Shown here: piece after piece, positions 59,871-64,000 of the stretch | Layout: every line of letters starts with the position of its first letter | How positions within the stretch are numbered: position 1 is the stretch's first letter | IMG/VR virus record: IMGVR_UViG_3300033741_000108 | Location: 1 to 64,000 of that record | Reading direction: 5' to 3' (one strand) | From: a virus | Lineage: Duplodnaviria; Caudoviricetes | Length of the DNA stretch: 64,000 nucleotides | Notes under the pieces: generated by a model | Told to the model about the DNA's origin: nothing | Seen by the model: only the letters and a program-made list of their open reading frames with translations | The model's database searches: none | Made by a program: the position numbers and the translations under genes

Positions 59871-60839
59871 ATGAATACCAAAGAGAGATATAAACAATTG
59901 GAGTTAATGAAGGCTTTACCTCTTGATGTGAAGATAGGGAAGAGTAAATTGCGAATAAGAGAAGCTTTAGCATTAGAAGATATGTATATTAGTTATAGTG
60001 GTGGTAAAGATTCAACAGTGCTAAAACATCTTGTTCAATCAGTTAAGGCTGATATACCATCAGTTTTTGTTAATACTGGATTAGAGTATAGAAGTTTGAG
60101 AGAACACGCTACAAAAAATGCTGATACTACAGTTAGACCAAAGATGAATTTTAAAGAAGTTTTAATAAAATACGGATATCCTATAATATCTAAAATGCAA
60201 AGTAGATATATAGAAGATGTAAGAAATCCTAATGTGTGTGATAAAATTAAAGATATAAGAATAAATGGATCAGAAAAGGGATATTATAAAATATCTGAAA
60301 AGTGGAAGTATCTACTTAAAGCTGATTTTAAAATAAGTAACAAGTGTTGTTATCATATGAAAAAAAGTCCAATGTCTATATATGGTAAAAATGGTAGTTG
60401 CCCTTTTATAGGGACTATGACAGAGGAAAGCAATAAACGGAAAACTCAATGGATTGAACATGGGTGCAATATGGTAGATAGTAAAAAATTCAAGTCAATG
60501 CCTATGTCATTTTGGACAGTACAGGATGTATTAGAATATTTGGAAAGATATGATCTGGAAATACCTTCTGTTTATGGCGATATAATAAAGGTGGATGGAG
60601 AGTATAAAACTACAGGTGTTAATAGAACTGGGTGCGTATTTTGCGGATACGGAGCCCATATGGAAAAAGAAGGTGAGAAAAGATTTGTTGATCTAAAAAT
60701 AAGAGATAAGCAGTTATATGATTATGTTATAGGTGGAGGTGAATATAAAGAATTAAAAGATGGTAAGAAATGGTGGGTTCCAAATAATAAAGGATTAGGG
60801 TTTGGACATGTGCTTGATGTCTATGATGTTGAATATTAA
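59871..60839 (+). CDS. PAPS reductase family protein
   Basis: SYSGGKDS PP-motif, NTGLE, CC..MKK, RTGCVFC. Confidence 0.85.
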   Translation: MNTKERYKQLELMKALPLDVKIGKSKLRIREALALEDMYISYSGGKDSTVLKHLVQSVKADIPSVFVNTGLEYRSLREHATKNADTTVRPKMNFKEVLIKYGYPIISKMQSRYIEDVRNPNVCDKIKDIRINGSEKGYYKISEKWKYLLKADFKISNKCCYHMKKSPMSIYGKNGSCPFIGTMTEESNKRKTQWIEHGCNMVDSKKFKSMPMSFWTVQDVLEYLERYDLEIPSVYGDIIKVDGEYKTTGVNRTGCVFCGYGAHMEKEGEKRFVDLKIRDKQLYDYVIGGGEYKELKDGKKWWVPNNKGLGFGHVLDVYDVEY

Positions 60840-60858
60840 AAATAGAATAGTAAGTATT

Positions 60859-60890
60859 AAAATGGGTATTCTTATGAATATCCATTTTTT
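60859..60890 (+). terminator. Intrinsic terminator
   Basis: AAAATGGGTATTC-TTAT-GAATATCCATTTT followed by T. Confidence 0.75.
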
Positions 60891-60975
60891 ATTGAAACAA
60901 TCCTTGACAAGCATATAATAAAGGTATATGATGTATTTAGAAGATAGAGGGAAAGCAAAAAGGGAGATGTTAAAA

Positions 60976-61431
60976 ATGACAAACAATTTTATAACTAGAA
61001 AAGAATCAGTAGAAAACTTAAAGATCTATTCAATGATGGAAAAGGGTTATATTAACAACAAGTTTAGAGGTATTAAAAAACATATGAATACTATTTACGA
61101 ATTGATTGATAATGATGTAAAGGCAAAAGTTGTAATTGATGATATCAATGGTTTGGTTAATACTTATTTAGGATCAATTAAATATATGTTAAAACAATAT
61201 AAAAACATTGATATTAATGGATTAGATGAATCAGCTGAAAATGATAACTATTTCTATAATAATAGTGATTACATTTATGGATTATTTAAAAGTCTAATTT
61301 CAAGTTTAGAAATGTCTAGTAAAATGAGTGAATTAAGAGAAAAAGAAGGACATTTAAATGACGCTAAAACACACTTGAAGTATTTAGAAATGACATGTAA
61401 TGAGTTTTTTAGAATGATTGATATGCTATAG
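60976..61431 (+). CDS. Hypothetical protein
   Basis: Promoter TTGACA(60904)-17-TATGAT; RBS before ATG 60976. Confidence 0.6.
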   Translation: MTNNFITRKESVENLKIYSMMEKGYINNKFRGIKKHMNTIYELIDNDVKAKVVIDDINGLVNTYLGSIKYMLKQYKNIDINGLDESAENDNYFYNNSDYIYGLFKSLISSLEMSSKMSELREKEGHLNDAKTHLKYLEMTCNEFFRMIDML

Positions 61432-61432
61432 A

Positions 61433-61490
61433 GTGAAAGCTTACTAAACCCTTTAAATAAGCAATTAGAGGGTTTAAATAAGCTTTTAAC
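61433..61490. repeat. Long imperfect inverted repeat
   Basis: AAAGCTTACTAAACCCTTTA / TAGAGGGTTTAAATAAGCTTT; loop AATAAGCAAT. Confidence 0.6.
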
Positions 61491-61524
61491 ATTTAGGTTA
61501 AAGGTATTAAAAGGAGATGTTAAA

Positions 61525-61899
61525 ATGAGTGATATAATGAAAGCTGTAGATGGAATGGTTAAAGAAAATTATAAAGGATTTATTATAGTTGATAGTATGA
61601 TCAAATATTTTATAAACAGTACCTCTTATTCAAGTCAAGACTTTTATTTTATTGATAGTGATATATCAAAAGTTGATGTCTATTGTCAAAACAGACTTGA
61701 TAACACAATTGAATTTAAAGGCATTGTTGATATTGATATGATATACGATTACGATAATGAGTATGATAAAGATTATTTATATGGACTTAGTGTAAAAGAG
61801 TCATATAGTAATTTTGAATTACTTGAAAATTATAATGGTACTATTTATTTTATTGATGTGCAAGGCTGTAAGACAGTGAAGGATTATGTAATAGATTAA
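61525..61899 (+). CDS. Hypothetical protein
   Basis: AAGGAG RBS. Confidence 0.6.
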   Translation: MSDIMKAVDGMVKENYKGFIIVDSMIKYFINSTSYSSQDFYFIDSDISKVDVYCQNRLDNTIEFKGIVDIDMIYDYDNEYDKDYLYGLSVKESYSNFELLENYNGTIYFIDVQGCKTVKDYVID

Positions 61900-61928
61900 A
61901 TGTGTTAATGGACAGAGCAGTAAATATT

Positions 61929-61961
61929 AAAAAAGATATTCTTAATTGGATGTCTTTTTTT
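61929..61961 (+). terminator. Intrinsic terminator (possibly bidirectional)
   Basis: AAAAAAGATATTC-TTAATT-GGATGTCTTTTTT. Confidence 0.7.
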
Positions 61962-62042
61962 ATTTAAATAATCCTTGACAAGTGATGTGTTTTGTGGTAT
62001 GATTAATGAAATAGTAATTTAATAGTAATTTAAGGAGGGTAT

Positions 62043-62990
62043 ATGGAAATAAAATGTAATAATACTGGAAAAGAATTTACAAGAGAATATGATATTGAAA
62101 GTGAAAATGATTTTAAAAAATACATAGGCAAGGTATTTGATAGTAAATCATGCGGTAAATGGGTTTGCTTAGGTGTTGGTGGTAGAAATAAACATAGTAA
62201 TAAATTATATATTGTTTATAATTTAAAGACTGGAACTGTTAGAATGTATCGTGGTGGTGCAATAAATACTGGTGTTTTAAAGGATTATTACTATCCATGT
62301 GTATGTGGTGTTGGTTATATGGGTAGCATTAAACATGCTAATAACATAAGTAATCATTATTTATATAAAAGATGGTATAATATGTTAAGAAGGTGTTATG
62401 ATAAGAATAATGAAGATTATAAATATTATGGTGGTAAAGGTGTATTTGTTCATGATAAATGGTTTAACTTTAGTAATTTTGCTAATGATTGTAAAGGATT
62501 GAATGGTTATAATAAAACAAAAATTATTAATAATGATTTAGTTTTGGATAAGGATTTTTATTATATTGCCAACAAAGAATTAAGGAATTCAAGTAAGGTA
62601 TACTCAAGAGAAACTTGTAGATTTATTACACAAAAACGAAATTTAAGTTTAAAGAGTATGAGTTGTGATAATAAATATATAAAAGATAATAAAAAACAAG
62701 CTCCTAATGTTGTTAGATATAAAAACATTAGTGGTAATATACGTGATAATCAATCTTTGTTTTGTGTGTATAATAAAAACATAAAACTATATCACTATAA
62801 TCAAGCAGAATTATGTGAAATATTTGATTTTAGCACAACTTGTGTTAGTAGGTGCTTGAGAGATGATTGGAGAAAACATAAAGGGTTTAAGTTTAAATAT
62901 ATAAAAGAGTTTCCAGATGGATGGACAGTAGAAAATTGTAGTGATAAATGTATTGGTTCATATAGTGAATATTTAGATAATAAAAAATAG
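62043..62990 (+). CDS. Putative HNH-type homing endonuclease
   Basis: CGVGYMG, WYNMLRRCY..YKYYGGKGVFV..WFNFSNF, LDKD..YSRETCRFI; NUMOD1-like C-terminus; own promoter TTGACA(61975)-17-TATGAT. Confidence 0.75.
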   Translation: MEIKCNNTGKEFTREYDIESENDFKKYIGKVFDSKSCGKWVCLGVGGRNKHSNKLYIVYNLKTGTVRMYRGGAINTGVLKDYYYPCVCGVGYMGSIKHANNISNHYLYKRWYNMLRRCYDKNNEDYKYYGGKGVFVHDKWFNFSNFANDCKGLNGYNKTKIINNDLVLDKDFYYIANKELRNSSKVYSRETCRFITQKRNLSLKSMSCDNKYIKDNKKQAPNVVRYKNISGNIRDNQSLFCVYNKNIKLYHYNQAELCEIFDFSTTCVSRCLRDDWRKHKGFKFKYIKEFPDGWTVENCSDKCIGSYSEYLDNKK

Positions 62991-63012
62991 ACAATTAACC
63001 TGTCTATTTTTT
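62984..63012 (+). terminator. Intrinsic terminator
   Basis: AAAATAGACA-ATTAACC-TGTCTATTTT followed by T. Confidence 0.75.
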
Positions 63013-63326
63013 TGTTGTATTAAATTGGGCTCGGCACAGTGGACGTTCTAGTAGAGTGGCTATTCTCTTAGTCTTTATGAAAAACCAATTTCAATATGAC
63101 TTACCCTATCCTTATTATTATTTTTATTAAAGTGTCAACAAACGTTGAAATTTAGCCATTTCTCTCGGCAGAATCTCGAAACAGTTAAGTAGAGAAAAAA
63201 TCTCTCTGTATGTAAATAGTAACATACATTTATTTTTCCTTATTTATGACAGCATTAACATACATTAACTTTTCTTTACATATGATAAACCTAACATAAA
63301 TAAATTAAATTATAAAAAACTTTTTT

Positions 63327-63544
63327 TAATCCACAGATCTGAAAATGTGGGGATAACTTTATCAAGATGTTATTAACATGTGCATAACTCCATTATAATA
63401 TAAAAATGTGCATAAGTCAAGCTTTTTTGTGGATTATTTCTACCCTGTGGATTAAAGTTATCAACAAAATCCTTGAAAACACCAACAAAACCAGTTATTT
63501 ACTCATTCCTTCTGTGGATAAAACTGTGGAAAAACTGTGGATTA
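63327..63544. promoter_or_regulatory. Cluster of about 12 DnaA-box-like 9-mers (putative origin or DnaA-binding locus)
   Basis: TGTGGATAA (63513, perfect), TGTGCATAA x2, TGTGGATTA x3, TAATCCACA, TGGGGATAA, TTATCAACA, TGTGGAAAA and two weaker boxes. Confidence 0.75.
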
Positions 63545-63934
63545 TAAAATCGTGCAGGTTTGGTTTATAATAATTCATCCATTACTACTCCTTAATGATA
63601 ACATACCTTTTAATCAATTACAAGGAAAAAAGAAAACTATTTTTTATTTATTTTTTTATTGTAATTGATCTTTTTTTATGATATAGATATAAAACCAAAA
63701 ACTTTACACAACTTTACAATCTACTAAAAAAATTGTAAAGCTTATGACGTGACGACTTTTTTCATTATATAGGGTAAAACATTAAAAAAGATCAACCAAA
63801 AAAATAATTAAAAAAAGACTTGCAATTATAAAAAAGTTGTATTATAATAAAAGCATGCTAAAACATATAAAAAAAAGTAATAAATCATTAATTAATTGTA
63901 ATTGATGATATTTTAAAAAAGGAGTTGCTGATCA

Positions 63935-64000
63935 ATGAATAAAAAAACACTAACTAAAATGAAAAAAGAAGGCTTTAAAAAAGTTACAATTATTTTACCA
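63935..64000 (+). CDS. 5' end of hypothetical protein, partial
   Basis: Promoter TTGCAA(63821)..TATAAT upstream, AAGGAG RBS, MNKKTLTKMKKEGFKKVTIILP. Confidence 0.55.
   Translation, partial: MNKKTLTKMKKEGFKKVTIILP

Noticed and set aside
225-60986. All minus-strand ORFs in the track and the overlapping + ORF 43331-43525
   Set aside because: They are shadows of well-supported + strand genes, lack RBSs and have antisense-like composition
63386-63416. dif-like site for the tyrosine recombinase
   Set aside because: Only superficial resemblance; the sequence is better explained as spacer between DnaA boxes
1-64000. tRNA, rRNA, CRISPR array, reverse transcriptase, DGR template repeat
   Set aside because: No cloverleaf/T-loop, repeat-spacer array, RT-like ORF or AAY-rich copy of the VR found by eye; a cmscan/HMM run would be needed to exclude divergent cases

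Overview
A 64 kb, very AT-rich segment of a large tailed dsDNA phage, probably a siphovirus infecting a low-GC Bacillota (Clostridia-like) host; host and lineage are inferred from SigA-type promoters, AGGAGG RBSs and gene content. Every credible gene is on the + strand. Order: end of tail module (tape measure, Tal-like, Dit-like, fibre, receptor-binding protein), lysis module (S8 peptidase, holins, amidase), tyrosine recombinase, an SPbeta-like replication module (SSB-like, AAA ATPase, DnaB, DnaG, PD-(D/E)XK nuclease, DnaE, RecD2), then about 30 kb of small accessory genes with RecU, an HslV-like protease, class II RNR, guanylate kinase, SLT and PAPS reductase, and a final non-coding kilobase with about 12 DnaA boxes. 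Structure the ORF track does not explain: (1) three ORF-less group I introns, two in the tape measure gene and one in dnaE, whose removal restores continuous frames; (2) a LAGLIDADG intein in RNR; (3) a DGR-type variable region at the end of the receptor-binding gene with no template repeat or reverse transcriptase in the window; (4) a dispersed family of long imperfect palindromes with unrelated arms but a shared ~12 nt loop motif in both orientations, in and between genes, which is the best candidate for an undescribed system; (5) six free-standing putative homing endonucleases, several next to interrupted genes; (6) an in-frame TAA cutting off a domain repeat of the S8 peptidase. All assignments come from reading motifs by eye; no database searches were run.
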